A stretch of 61,280 nucleotides of DNA from a virus (lineage: Duplodnaviria; Caudoviricetes). The position numbers and the translations under genes were made by a program. The stretch lies in IMG/VR virus record IMGVR_UViG_3300034121_000204, positions 1 to 61,280 of that record. One strand, given 5' to 3'. Shown here in pieces: positions 48,076 through 56,158 of the stretch. The notes under the pieces are model-generated. The model was given only the letters and a program-made list of their open reading frames with translations. It did no database searches and had not been told where the DNA came from. The first letter of the stretch is position 1; each line of letters starts with the position of its first letter.

Positions 48076-48339
48076 TTACCATATTGCTACAATATTGTCA
48101 GCATCAGTTCCAGTATCAAAAACTCTAATAACTTGCACTGGAAACCATGTACCATCTTGTACATTAAAAAATGTTACGTCATCACCAGCCTCTGTCAATA
48201 CTCTAATATCACCTCCAGTACCAATGTAAAGAACGCAAGGCCATACTTGATTCTCTTGACCTCCAACGAAATAGATATTGTTAGTATCACTAGGTGTAAC
48301 AGCTTGTGCTCTGTGCCCTTGTAATTTTAAATTTGCCAT
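48076..48339 (-). CDS. head spike-base-like protein (RcGTA Rcc01079-like)
   Basis: AVTPSD...LYIGTGGDI...VTFFNV..GTWFPVQVIRV..TGT.A..IVAIW. Confidence 0.7.
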   Translation of the reverse strand: MANLKLQGHRAQAVTPSDTNNIYFVGGQENQVWPCVLYIGTGGDIRVLTEAGDDVTFFNVQDGTWFPVQVIRVFDTGTDADNIVAIW

Positions 48340-48341
48340 TA

Positions 48342-48605
48342 TTAACTTTTTTTAGTGCTTTTACCATTTGCTCCATTACGACCTCTATTAGTCGATGGAT
48401 TTTCTTTTACAAATTTACCATTTTTTTTCTTACTCATGTCAGGGCCGCCCTTTCCATACAAATCAGCCTCTCTTCTTACCTTCACGTGTTCAGCTCTGTA
48501 CTTCTTTCGCTCAGGAGTAGCGTTCAACTCTCTCTGATATTCACGCCTCTTCTCAGCAGCCTTTGGATTCTCTGCGTAGTATTTTGATGTCTTACTGTTT
48601 CCCAT
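48342..48605 (-). CDS. basic hypothetical protein, possibly a degenerate HNH-like
   Basis: K/R-rich; GPDMSKK..GKFVKENPSTNR resembles an HNH remnant lacking the His. Confidence 0.6.
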   Translation of the reverse strand: MGNSKTSKYYAENPKAAEKRREYQRELNATPERKKYRAEHVKVRREADLYGKGGPDMSKKKNGKFVKENPSTNRGRNGANGKSTKKS

Positions 48606-48984
48606 ATCTTGATGTTTTCTTAGCTATCTTCTTAGGCTGCGGAACAACCGATCCTACACCACCACCCTCACGTTTTGCTCTTGTGGTAGCTGCGTACTCT
48701 GCGTTACTTAACGCTGAAATCGCCTTCTTAGGTAAGTACCTTTCACCAGTCTCCTTGCTCGGCTTACCACTTTTCGTGCCCCACTCTTGCTTTGTCCATT
48801 TGGACAGGCTGTTGTCAGAGGACTTCTTGCCTGAGTATTTACCACCTGCCTCTTTATACTTAGCGACAGCCAATTGTGCCTTCCTAGCTGACCACTGGCC
48901 TGCGTCACCACCCTTTGTGCCTGACTTAACGCTAGACACAATGCGACTCCATAAAGCTGGATTGGATTTTTTAGCGGTTTGCAT
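48592..48984 (-). CDS. conserved basic phage protein (DUF5872-like)
   Basis: GGDAGQWSARKAQLA..YKEAGGKY, LSKWTKQEW, RYLPKKA. Confidence 0.7.
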   Translation of the reverse strand: MQTAKKSNPALWSRIVSSVKSGTKGGDAGQWSARKAQLAVAKYKEAGGKYSGKKSSDNSLSKWTKQEWGTKSGKPSKETGERYLPKKAISALSNAEYAATTRAKREGGGVGSVVPQPKKIAKKTSRYGKQ

Positions 48985-49480
48985 TTTTAGATAATTTTAT
49001 ACCTTTCTCTATGTTTCTTTCAGTTCTTTTGTTTACTCTTTCAGATACTATAGGATTGGTTAATTCTCTGTTTGATTTTTCTTTATACTTCCAATTTTTA
49101 CCTCTTGAAACTAATTTTGTTTTTTCTCTAAATCCTTGTAATTCTGGATTGCTTTTATATTCTTCAAGTTCTTTATATGTTGAACTATGACTTTTTCGCT
49201 TATAAAACTTACCTGTCTTTTCACTAACGCTTACACCATGATATAAAGACTTATTTAATTCTGGCTCATAAGTTTCATAAAACATAGGATTTTCTTTATT
49301 CTGAGCTTCATTAAAATCTTTTGGTTTTCCAGAATCTTTCCAATACCTCTTCATCGCATATTCTTTCTCATTAGTTTGAGATAGATTAGGAGGTAATGAT
49401 TCTTTAAAATTTTTATATCTCTTCTTACCAAAGAAGTCTATATCATTATTCTTGAATGGTATTTTATCGTAATTATTCAT
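48971..49480 (-). CDS. hypothetical Lys-rich protein
   Basis: 169-aa ORF, visibly more AT-rich than its neighbours. Confidence 0.6.
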   Translation of the reverse strand: MNNYDKIPFKNNDIDFFGKKRYKNFKESLPPNLSQTNEKEYAMKRYWKDSGKPKDFNEAQNKENPMFYETYEPELNKSLYHGVSVSEKTGKFYKRKSHSSTYKELEEYKSNPELQGFREKTKLVSRGKNWKYKEKSNRELTNPIVSERVNKRTERNIEKGIKLSKNANR

Positions 49481-49482
49481 AA

Positions 49483-49785
49483 CTAGCTTCCTTTAATCCA
49501 TTTCTTACTAGGTGATGCTGTTTTAGATGGACTCCACTTAACCTTGTCAGCCCAATATGCAGCAGACATCTTACCCTTATCGATATTCTTTGCGTGACGG
49601 CTCTTGAAAGCCTCACGTTGGCCGACTGTCTGGTTGGTCTTTACACCTTGCTGACCAAAACGTATCGTCTTAATCTGATCACCTTCCTTAGCCACAACAA
49701 TATGACTCTTGGTCGGATGACTAGGAGTTCGCTTGGGCTTATTAAATCCCTCAACACCAGCTCGTTCTAATCGAGAGTCTTTCAT
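49483..49785 (-). CDS. conserved basic phage protein
   Basis: KTIRFGQQG...FKSRHAKN..KMSAAYWA...W. Confidence 0.7.
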   Translation of the reverse strand: MKDSRLERAGVEGFNKPKRTPSHPTKSHIVVAKEGDQIKTIRFGQQGVKTNQTVGQREAFKSRHAKNIDKGKMSAAYWADKVKWSPSKTASPSKKWIKGS

Positions 49786-49925
49786 TTCATCTTTTTAACT
49801 GCTGGAGTCTTCTTCTTACCGTACTCTTTCAAACGCTCTTGCATTGATTCAGATTTCTCATGCTTAGCTTTTGCCATCTTTGATGGATAAACCTCTTTGG
49901 TTTTCTTTTCTACGATCTTTTTCAT
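49782..49925 (-). CDS. small basic protein (47 aa)
   Basis: Read manually (MKKIVEKK...KKMK); ATGA overlap; TATATTTG box at 49939-49946. Confidence 0.6.
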   Translation of the reverse strand: MKKIVEKKTKEVYPSKMAKAKHEKSESMQERLKEYGKKKTPAVKKMK

Positions 49926-49951
49926 AATTTTGTTTTTACAAATATAATAAA

Positions 49952-50464
49952 ATGATTCCTAAAGTTAAAAAGAAATTAAGGCCAAGAAAAGAAAAGACAT
50001 ACGACAGAAGATTCACAGAGTATGACTTCTTGAAGAACTGGACTATTATAAGAAAGTGGGCTATAATCAATTACGAACTCAAGTCACTTGCAGAGCTAGA
50101 AACAATACTGTTCTTGTACTCAGAGAAACTATTCACACGTACTCAATTTAAAGAGCACTCAAATTACATGTCTTGGGATAAGAACAGATTCAATAAACTG
50201 CTTAAAGAAGGTTGGATTTATATTTGGAGACACAGAAGTACTCACGAGACACACCTATACGAAGTGTCGTTTAAAGGAAAGAAGATGGTGAACACCATCT
50301 ATAAAAAATTGCTAGGGCTAGAACCTATCCCTGAATCACCAAGGAGAAATAAGGTATTTAAAAATAACGCACCATTCTCTCATAAGACGCTAGCCATAGC
50401 AATTAAAAAACATAATCAAGAACTTAAAGAACGCAAACTACGTCCTTCTCTTGAATTACAGTAA
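49952..50464 (+). CDS. winged-helix (MarR-like) DNA-binding protein
   Basis: LSLAELETILFL...FNKLLKEGWI...YEVSFKGK; the only credible + strand gene inside the late arm. Confidence 0.65.
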   Translation: MIPKVKKKLRPRKEKTYDRRFTEYDFLKNWTIIRKWAIINYELKSLAELETILFLYSEKLFTRTQFKEHSNYMSWDKNRFNKLLKEGWIYIWRHRSTHETHLYEVSFKGKKMVNTIYKKLLGLEPIPESPRRNKVFKNNAPFSHKTLAIAIKKHNQELKERKLRPSLELQ

Positions 50465-50681
50465 AGCGAGTATCACCTATCAATACGTCATGACCTGCCG
50501 CCTTGTCAAAGTATACTACGCTATCCTCAGTCATGCCCTGAACTAGTGGACCTGCCTTTACAACTTTAGCTTTATGATACCTTAGCTCACGCTTGTCATC
50601 CATAGTCATTATCAGACCTAATTTATTCTCTGCCTTATCAGCTATACGCTCGATAATAATGAACTTATTTAGAACCTTCAT
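50424..50681 (-). CDS. groES: co-chaperonin GroES
   Basis: MKVLNKFIII..LGLIM..AKVVKAGP..VYFDK..G...VIQEKDV; adjacent to groEL. Confidence 0.8.
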   Translation of the reverse strand: MKVLNKFIIIERIADKAENKLGLIMTMDDKRELRYHKAKVVKAGPLVQGMTEDSVVYFDKAAGHDVLIGDTRFTVIQEKDVVCVL

Positions 50682-52221
50682 AATCTCTTACGTTTGTTAT
50701 AATAGCGTTAGTACTCATAATTGTTGTAGCAACTGATACAGCGTTCAATAGTGCGTTCTTAGTGACTTTCGTTGGATCGATGATGCCAAGCTTTATCATG
50801 TCACCGTACTGCTCTCCTTTTACGTCATACCCACATCCATGAGGCCTAGCATCTAGTATCTCGTCACTATTCTTGCCGGCATTTGTGACAATTTGCCTAA
50901 ATGGTGCTTGTAACGCATCAATCATTATATCATTTGCCGCATTAGTTCTAGCTAGGTCGTAACTAGCATCCAACAACGCTACACCACCACCAGGCAATAT
51001 ACCATCCTCTAACGCAGCTTGAACAGCACACACAGCATCGTCAATTCTGTCCTTCTTCTCCTTCTGCTCAATGTCACTCAATGCGCCAACATAGATGACA
51101 CCAACACCACCAGATAGATTTGCAATTCGCTCGTTCAAGAAGTTCTTCTCATCGTCACTTGTAGACTCTCCACGCATCTCCTTCAATTCATCAACCCTGT
51201 TACTAATAGCATCTTCTCTTGAAGCCATGTGCATGAATACCGTCATACCCTTGCTAACAATAACCTTTGACGCTCTACCCAAATGGTCTAAGTCAATTAA
51301 CGATAAGTCATCACCAGTGTCCTCAGAGTAATACACACCACCTAGAGCGACAGCCAAGTCCTCCAACAAGTCTTTCTTTCTGTAACCAAATGACGGAGGC
51401 ATAATGGCACATGCCTTAATCTTACCTGCCGCAACGTTCGCATTCAATGTGTTCAACGCATTCTGACCTAACTCGCCAATGATCAACAACGACTTCTGCT
51501 GCGTTACTATTGGTATTAATATACGCTCTAAGTTCTGGATGTTGTTTATCTCGTGGTCAGTTATCAAGATATATGGATTGTCTAACACACACTCTTGCTT
51601 CTTATGGTCATTGATGAATAGCCTTGAGGAATATCCCCTGTCTATCTTCATTCCCTTAATTATCTCAACATACGTTGATGTCGTCATGCTATTCTCAACT
51701 GTAACCATGTCAACCTCACTGAAAGCATCAGCAATCATCTTACCAACCTCCTTGTCGTTGTTAGCACTGATAGTAGCTACGTCAACAAGCTTCTTGCCGC
51801 TTAACTTCTTTGATTTTTTGTCAAGTTTACCAACAATGTTGTTGGTAATTTTGTTAATCTCACGAATCACCTCAGTTATATTTTCGTTTTCAGATAAGTA
51901 CTTATCTGAAGCGTCAATAATAGCCTCAGCTAACACAATACTTGTCGTTGTACCATCACCTGCAACAGTAGCAGTACGCTCTGCCGCCTGACGCATCATC
52001 ATTACTGCCAAATTTTCAGTCGGATCGTACAAATTGATCGACTTAGCAACAGTAACACCGTCCTTCGTAACAGTTAAACCACCAATATGCTGCTCTGATT
52101 CAATTAAGACTGTACGCCCTCTAGCTCCTAACGTACTTTTTACTGCTCCAGCTATCTTCTTGATGCCTTTCTTGAGCTTTTTTTGGCCATTATCGCCAAA
52201 ATGGATCTCTTTTACTATCAT
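50665..52221 (-). CDS. groEL: chaperonin GroEL (phage-type, about 518 aa)
   Basis: STLGARGR, TKDGVTVAK, AGDGTTT, ERIANLSGG, EKKDRIDDA, PGGG, GIIDP; likely start MIVKE at 52221. Confidence 0.95.
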   Translation of the reverse strand: MIVKEIHFGDNGQKKLKKGIKKIAGAVKSTLGARGRTVLIESEQHIGGLTVTKDGVTVAKSINLYDPTENLAVMMMRQAAERTATVAGDGTTTSIVLAEAIIDASDKYLSENENITEVIREINKITNNIVGKLDKKSKKLSGKKLVDVATISANNDKEVGKMIADAFSEVDMVTVENSMTTSTYVEIIKGMKIDRGYSSRLFINDHKKQECVLDNPYILITDHEINNIQNLERILIPIVTQQKSLLIIGELGQNALNTLNANVAAGKIKACAIMPPSFGYRKKDLLEDLAVALGGVYYSEDTGDDLSLIDLDHLGRASKVIVSKGMTVFMHMASREDAISNRVDELKEMRGESTSDDEKNFLNERIANLSGGVGVIYVGALSDIEQKEKKDRIDDAVCAVQAALEDGILPGGGVALLDASYDLARTNAANDIMIDALQAPFRQIVTNAGKNSDEILDARPHGCGYDVKGEQYGDMIKLGIIDPTKVTKNALLNAVSVATTIMSTNAIITNVRDYEGSK

Positions 52222-52230
52222 TTTATTGTA

Positions 52231-52255
52231 TTTTGTCACAAATATAGTGACAAAA
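52231..52255. promoter_or_regulatory. 9-7-9 inverted repeat overlapping the groEL -7 box
   Basis: TTTTGTCAC-AAATATA-GTGACAAAA; TATATTTG on the - strand at 52239-52246. Confidence 0.6.
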
Positions 52256-52258
52256 AAC

Positions 52259-52280
52259 AAAAAACCCTCCGATTGGAGGG
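52259..52280 (-). terminator. intrinsic terminator
   Basis: CCCTCC-GATT-GGAGGG stem plus T-run, just after the stop at 52287. Confidence 0.75.
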
Positions 52281-52286
52281 CTTATT

Positions 52287-53588
52287 TTATGAATTTTTGA
52301 TTTTTCTGCCAAATGTTGAGTTCCTATTGGCTGGATTGTCAGTTGATTTTCTGATTTGTTGGTCTTTACTAAACTCAGAGTACTTGCTTCCCAACTCTGA
52401 ACCTCTGTAAGGATTGTTTCCAGCGTTAGGCTTCTCTACCAAAATAACCTCTTCTTTACCGCCTGGATAAACACTTCTGGCCTCAATGTTTTTGCTAGCA
52501 TATTTCTCAGCTTGTTTCGTTGCCTTAATGTCTTTCCTAACATTTCTTAATTCAGATCTTAACTCAGACTTTGAAACAGCTCCACCTTTTTTAATGTCAG
52601 CTCTCAACTCTTTCTTTACACCTTTCAAGCTCTCTCTTTCTTGAGCTATGTCAGATGCTGTCATGCTAGATCTGTCAGAACCAGAAATACTAGATGGTGC
52701 TCCGTAGTATGCCTTGAATTCTTTAGCTTGCTTACCTGTCTTACCTTGGAATAATCTAGCTTTACCTTCTGTTTTATTTAATTTTGGAGTTAATGCATTA
52801 TCTTTTCCAATTGCTTCAGCCTTAGCTTTTACAAATCTACCCAAGTTAACTGCTACTCCTGATAATGTTTTATTTCCTCTGCTTGTAGTTTGAGGCAATG
52901 AATATTTAGTTCTTTTTTTAATACCACCTCCTGGCTCTTCAAATGTAGCTGCTTCTTGTTCTTGCTTTGGAGAGATAGCTATTTTTTTGTTTTTAGGCTC
53001 AAGTTTTGGTTTTCTTAATTCCATCTTAGGAAGAGGTATTCTATTTACATCTATCTTATCCTCTTTCTCGTAAGCTTCTTCAACTGGTTTTGTTGGGTTA
53101 TCTAACCAAGTATGATAAGCACCCTTATATCCTTGATATGATCCTCTTTCATTAGAAAAAGCACCCTTTTCAACATCTTCCTTTCCGTACCCTTTAGATA
53201 CATATACTTTTGATGCTTTTAATCCAGCTTGCTCAGATGCAGCTCCACTTTCTTCTTGTTCCTTATTAAATTTCTCTAATTCAGAACCGCTTAAATATCT
53301 ACCTCCTCCTTGGAAAAACGTACTCATATCCCTATTCTTTGGCTGATTAGTATAAGCTTTCATTTGCTTATTATAAGTCTCTACGTCAGACTCATACTTC
53401 TTCCTCTTAGATAAATTCCTAGCTTTTATTTCTTCATTTCTAGAAACATCGTCCCAAGTGTATTGCTTTGGTTGAGGCTCTCCTGGTCTCTTTGCAGTTA
53501 CCTTTACCTCCGACTGAGCTTTTGTAGGCTCAACGCCCTTCTTCTTTGTAGGATCTTCACCCTTCCTACTTGTTCTCATTAGTGCCAT
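52287..53588 (-). CDS. Lys/Glu-rich low-complexity protein (433 aa)
   Basis: Long ORF, highly charged, no recognisable motif. Confidence 0.7.
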   Translation of the reverse strand: MALMRTSRKGEDPTKKKGVEPTKAQSEVKVTAKRPGEPQPKQYTWDDVSRNEEIKARNLSKRKKYESDVETYNKQMKAYTNQPKNRDMSTFFQGGGRYLSGSELEKFNKEQEESGAASEQAGLKASKVYVSKGYGKEDVEKGAFSNERGSYQGYKGAYHTWLDNPTKPVEEAYEKEDKIDVNRIPLPKMELRKPKLEPKNKKIAISPKQEQEAATFEEPGGGIKKRTKYSLPQTTSRGNKTLSGVAVNLGRFVKAKAEAIGKDNALTPKLNKTEGKARLFQGKTGKQAKEFKAYYGAPSSISGSDRSSMTASDIAQERESLKGVKKELRADIKKGGAVSKSELRSELRNVRKDIKATKQAEKYASKNIEARSVYPGGKEEVILVEKPNAGNNPYRGSELGSKYSEFSKDQQIRKSTDNPANRNSTFGRKIKNS

Positions 53589-53716
53589 GTGAATGTCAAT
53601 CTTATAATTAATAAATTAAGCTGTAACTCATAGTAGTCAAACTCCTCGTCAGCATTGTAATACTCAAAACCAACCAGTAGACCAATCGGTAACAAACTCT
53701 CTACAAATATACTCAT
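53579..53716 (-). CDS. small hypothetical protein (45 aa)
   Basis: Read manually (MSIFVESLLPIG...TFTWH); overlaps both neighbours. Confidence 0.55.
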   Translation of the reverse strand: MSIFVESLLPIGLLVGFEYYNADEEFDYYELQLNLLIIRLTFTWH

Positions 53717-54081
53717 ATTTTTTTCAATCGCGCCTTAGCAATTAGACCAGCCTTCTTAGTAACTGTCTCACCATTAGCCTTAGTGACAGTCTTCTTAACA
53801 ACACCATCCTCGCTACTCAACGACACCTTCTTCTTTAACTCGCCAGCCTTGTTGTACTTGCTTACCGATAACTCCTTGTAGTCTTTAAATTTACCCTTAT
53901 CCATTACATTCCAAGCCGATGCCTCAACATTCTTCTTGACCTTACCATCTTTCTTGATTGTAGTCTCCTTTGTAATTGACTTCTCACCCTTCGCAAAGTG
54001 AGGAGATCTTACATTCTTACCTACAGATGGATCGTAAATCATTGACCGATCTGTCACCTTAACCGTCTTTTCTCTTGGCAT
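53713..54081 (-). CDS. Lys-rich hypothetical protein, first gene of the - strand arm
   Basis: 122 aa; TATATTTG box at 54095-54102. Confidence 0.65.
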   Translation of the reverse strand: MPREKTVKVTDRSMIYDPSVGKNVRSPHFAKGEKSITKETTIKKDGKVKKNVEASAWNVMDKGKFKDYKELSVSKYNKAGELKKKVSLSSEDGVVKKTVTKANGETVTKKAGLIAKARLKKI

Positions 54082-54109
54082 AATTATTTTTTGTCAAATA
54101 TACTGAATT

Positions 54110-54660
54110 TTTGGGTAATACCCCCATTCCGCGCAAAAGTTCGCTCGGGGAAAGTGATCTGAAATTTGGGTGGGGGGTGTGCATTTTGACTTTTTGGCTA
54201 GGATTTTCTAGCTTTTTGGCTAGCCGATAGGCTGACATGCGCTCCTATCTTTCGCGCGCTCTGTCCGTCTGTCTGTCTGTCGCTATGGGCATGGCGCGCG
54301 TTAATGTTTGTCTGTCTGTCTGCCTTGCTGTCGTTATTGATACCAAACAAACAAACCTTTGTAATATAAATTCCATTATGTTAAATAGAAATTGAAACCA
54401 ACCAACCAACAGAACGAACAGCTGAACGGCTAACCAATCGAACTACCTACCAAATCGCCGTTAATGTTTTGCTACGTGTTGAGCGTTCGGAAAGGTGGGG
54501 TTAAGTCTAACATACATCTAACAATCTCAAATCAATTTAACACCAATTTATTATAATATCCTTAACTATCTGTTTACTAATAACTTAACCTATTTTTATT
54601 CATGTTCGAACGTGTCGAACTACGTAGTTACACTTAGATTGATCTACGTAGTTTCACGTA
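54110..54660. repeat. non-coding divergence region with short tandem repeats
   Basis: (GTCT)n near 54267 and 54310, (CAAA)n near 54344, (AACC)n near 54396, duplicated TTTTTGGCTAG, CGTTAATGTTT and CTACGTAGTT. Confidence 0.7.
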
Positions 54661-54687
54661 TTTTGCTAACCTTTCAACAAAAAACTA

Positions 54688-54864
54688 TTGACAATCTCAA
54701 TTATCTACCTACCTTTGTTATAAGCAAACGAGCTAAAGAATACAAATCCTTACTAGCAATGTTCAAGACTTAAGATGTACGATAGACGATATTAGATTGC
54801 TTAAGTAACTTCAACAAAAATTTGTTAAAAAGTTTGGAAATGTAAAAAATAGTTTAGACCTTTG
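54688..54864 (+). promoter_or_regulatory. tandem early promoters
   Basis: TTG(54688)...TACCTTTG(54710-54717) and TTTG(54833)...GACCTTTG(54857-54864), each preceded by TTCAACAAAAA. Confidence 0.6.
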
Positions 54865-54869
54865 TAGAA

Positions 54870-55150
54870 GAATAAACGTTCTTTGTTTCTTGTAAAGACT
54901 CACGATGTCAAAAAAATTGTTTCGTAGGTAAGTTCGGTTGTAGGTTATGCGATGACATAAACAAATTGAATGGAAGTAACTAACAATGTAATGATGACAA
55001 GACAAAAAATATGGTGGGAGCAGTTCAGAGATAGCCCATGCCAATAAAACAAAACAAAACTTGTGGTAGTTCGATTCTACCTATATAAATGTGGTGCAAG
55101 TTTAAATATAGCCTTGTTGAACGTAGTGAATATTTCAACAAGGCACTAAC
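54870..55150 (+). ncRNA. candidate structured early leader RNA with T-loop hairpin
   Basis: GGTAG-TTCGATT-CTACC (55065-55081) enclosed by AAACTTG/CAAGTTT; 11-bp stem 55111-55144; further stems 54905-54958 and 55012-55043. Confidence 0.45.
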
Positions 55151-55167
55151 CAATAAATAAATTAGCC

Positions 55168-55350
55168 ATGAAAACAATATTAATTGCTTTTACAATTCTC
55201 AGCGGATTAACAAGCTTTACTACACCAATCGTATGTTTTAATGACGAATACATAATGACTCACTACGAAAGTTATGTCGCTATCCTTTTCTATGGTGGTG
55301 GATTTCTCGCAATGGTATTAAGTATGATATTATCAACACAAAAAAACTAG
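55168..55350 (+). CDS. small membrane protein
   Basis: Two hydrophobic segments; AGCCATG start. Confidence 0.6.
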   Translation: MKTILIAFTILSGLTSFTTPIVCFNDEYIMTHYESYVAILFYGGGFLAMVLSMILSTQKN

Positions 55351-55355
55351 AAATC

Positions 55356-55523
55356 ATGAAAGAATTAATAAACAGAATCAAACACGACATCAAACAAGCT
55401 GAAATAAGAAGAGATGCGTTTGAAATAGGTACAAAAGAATACTCATTTAATCAAGCTACAATTATAGCATTAAAAACAGTTTTATTTGACATTAAAGAAT
55501 TAAGGTTAACTGACGAGGATTAA
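55356..55523 (+). CDS. small hypothetical protein (55 aa) ending inside the ribozyme
   Basis: Read manually (MKELINRIK...LRLTDED). Confidence 0.6.
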   Translation: MKELINRIKHDIKQAEIRRDAFEIGTKEYSFNQATIIALKTVLFDIKELRLTDED

Positions 55524-55558
55524 GTATCCGAAACGGCTATTTATTAGCCGTCTTAACC
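55504..55558 (+). ncRNA. type I hammerhead ribozyme
   Basis: GGTTAA-CTGACGA-GGAT(TAAGT)ATCC-GAAA-CGGCTA(TTTAT)TAGCCG-TC-TTAACC: complete core and three perfect stems. Confidence 0.93.
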
Positions 55559-55903
55559 AATTAAATTAAAAGCCATGTCAACAAAAATTTTAAAAATCGA
55601 AGGACGTTTCGAAATATGGGGATTCTTTTTAAACGGAACGTTAATTAAGACAAGAAAAGTAGTTATTCCATTTCAAAACAGATAGCCATGTTAGGGACAA
55701 TAGTATATGTATCAATGCTGTATTCGGTAGGATTAGTCATTAAATTAATATCAATTAAAAAATGAAAGCTACACTAGAATTTTACTCGCTAAACTATAGC
55801 AAGTTAGTAGTAATGCATAAGCAATTTAACGATATCAACCACATGAATAATTTCATTAGTTATGTCACAAAAAAATTCAATTACACATTAAACGAAATAT
55901 ATC

Positions 55904-56158
55904 ATGAAAGCAATTAACGTAAGAAAATTCTTAGATAAAAGATATCGAAGAGTAACTCAATATAGTTCAGCGAATTGGGGAGGAAATAACGTATGGAATA
56001 TAGATAGTGATGGACAAACAGAGGGAAGATTCATATTTGAAGATGATGAACAGAACTTCATATTGTTAGACAGAACAGAAGAGAACGAAGAAACACAAAT
56101 CGAAGATTTATTTATATACACTATTGGTAGTGGTGAAATTAAAAACTTATTAGTATGA
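55904..56158 (+). CDS. hypothetical acidic early protein
   Basis: 84-aa ORF. Confidence 0.6.
   Translation: MKAINVRKFLDKRYRRVTQYSSANWGGNNVWNIDSDGQTEGRFIFEDDEQNFILLDRTEENEETQIEDLFIYTIGSGEIKNLLV

Noticed and set aside
52222-52260. N-terminal extension MFFVTIFVTKYNK of GroEL in the ORF track
   Set aside because: It spans the promoter palindrome; GroEL homology starts at MIVKE (52221).
54167-54178. G-quadruplex
   Set aside because: Only two adjacent G-runs plus one distant run; too few for a confident call.
55040-55100. tRNA gene suggested by the GGTAGTTCGATTCTACC T-arm
   Set aside because: No acceptor stem, D-arm or anticodon arm can be built around it; kept only as a T-loop motif.
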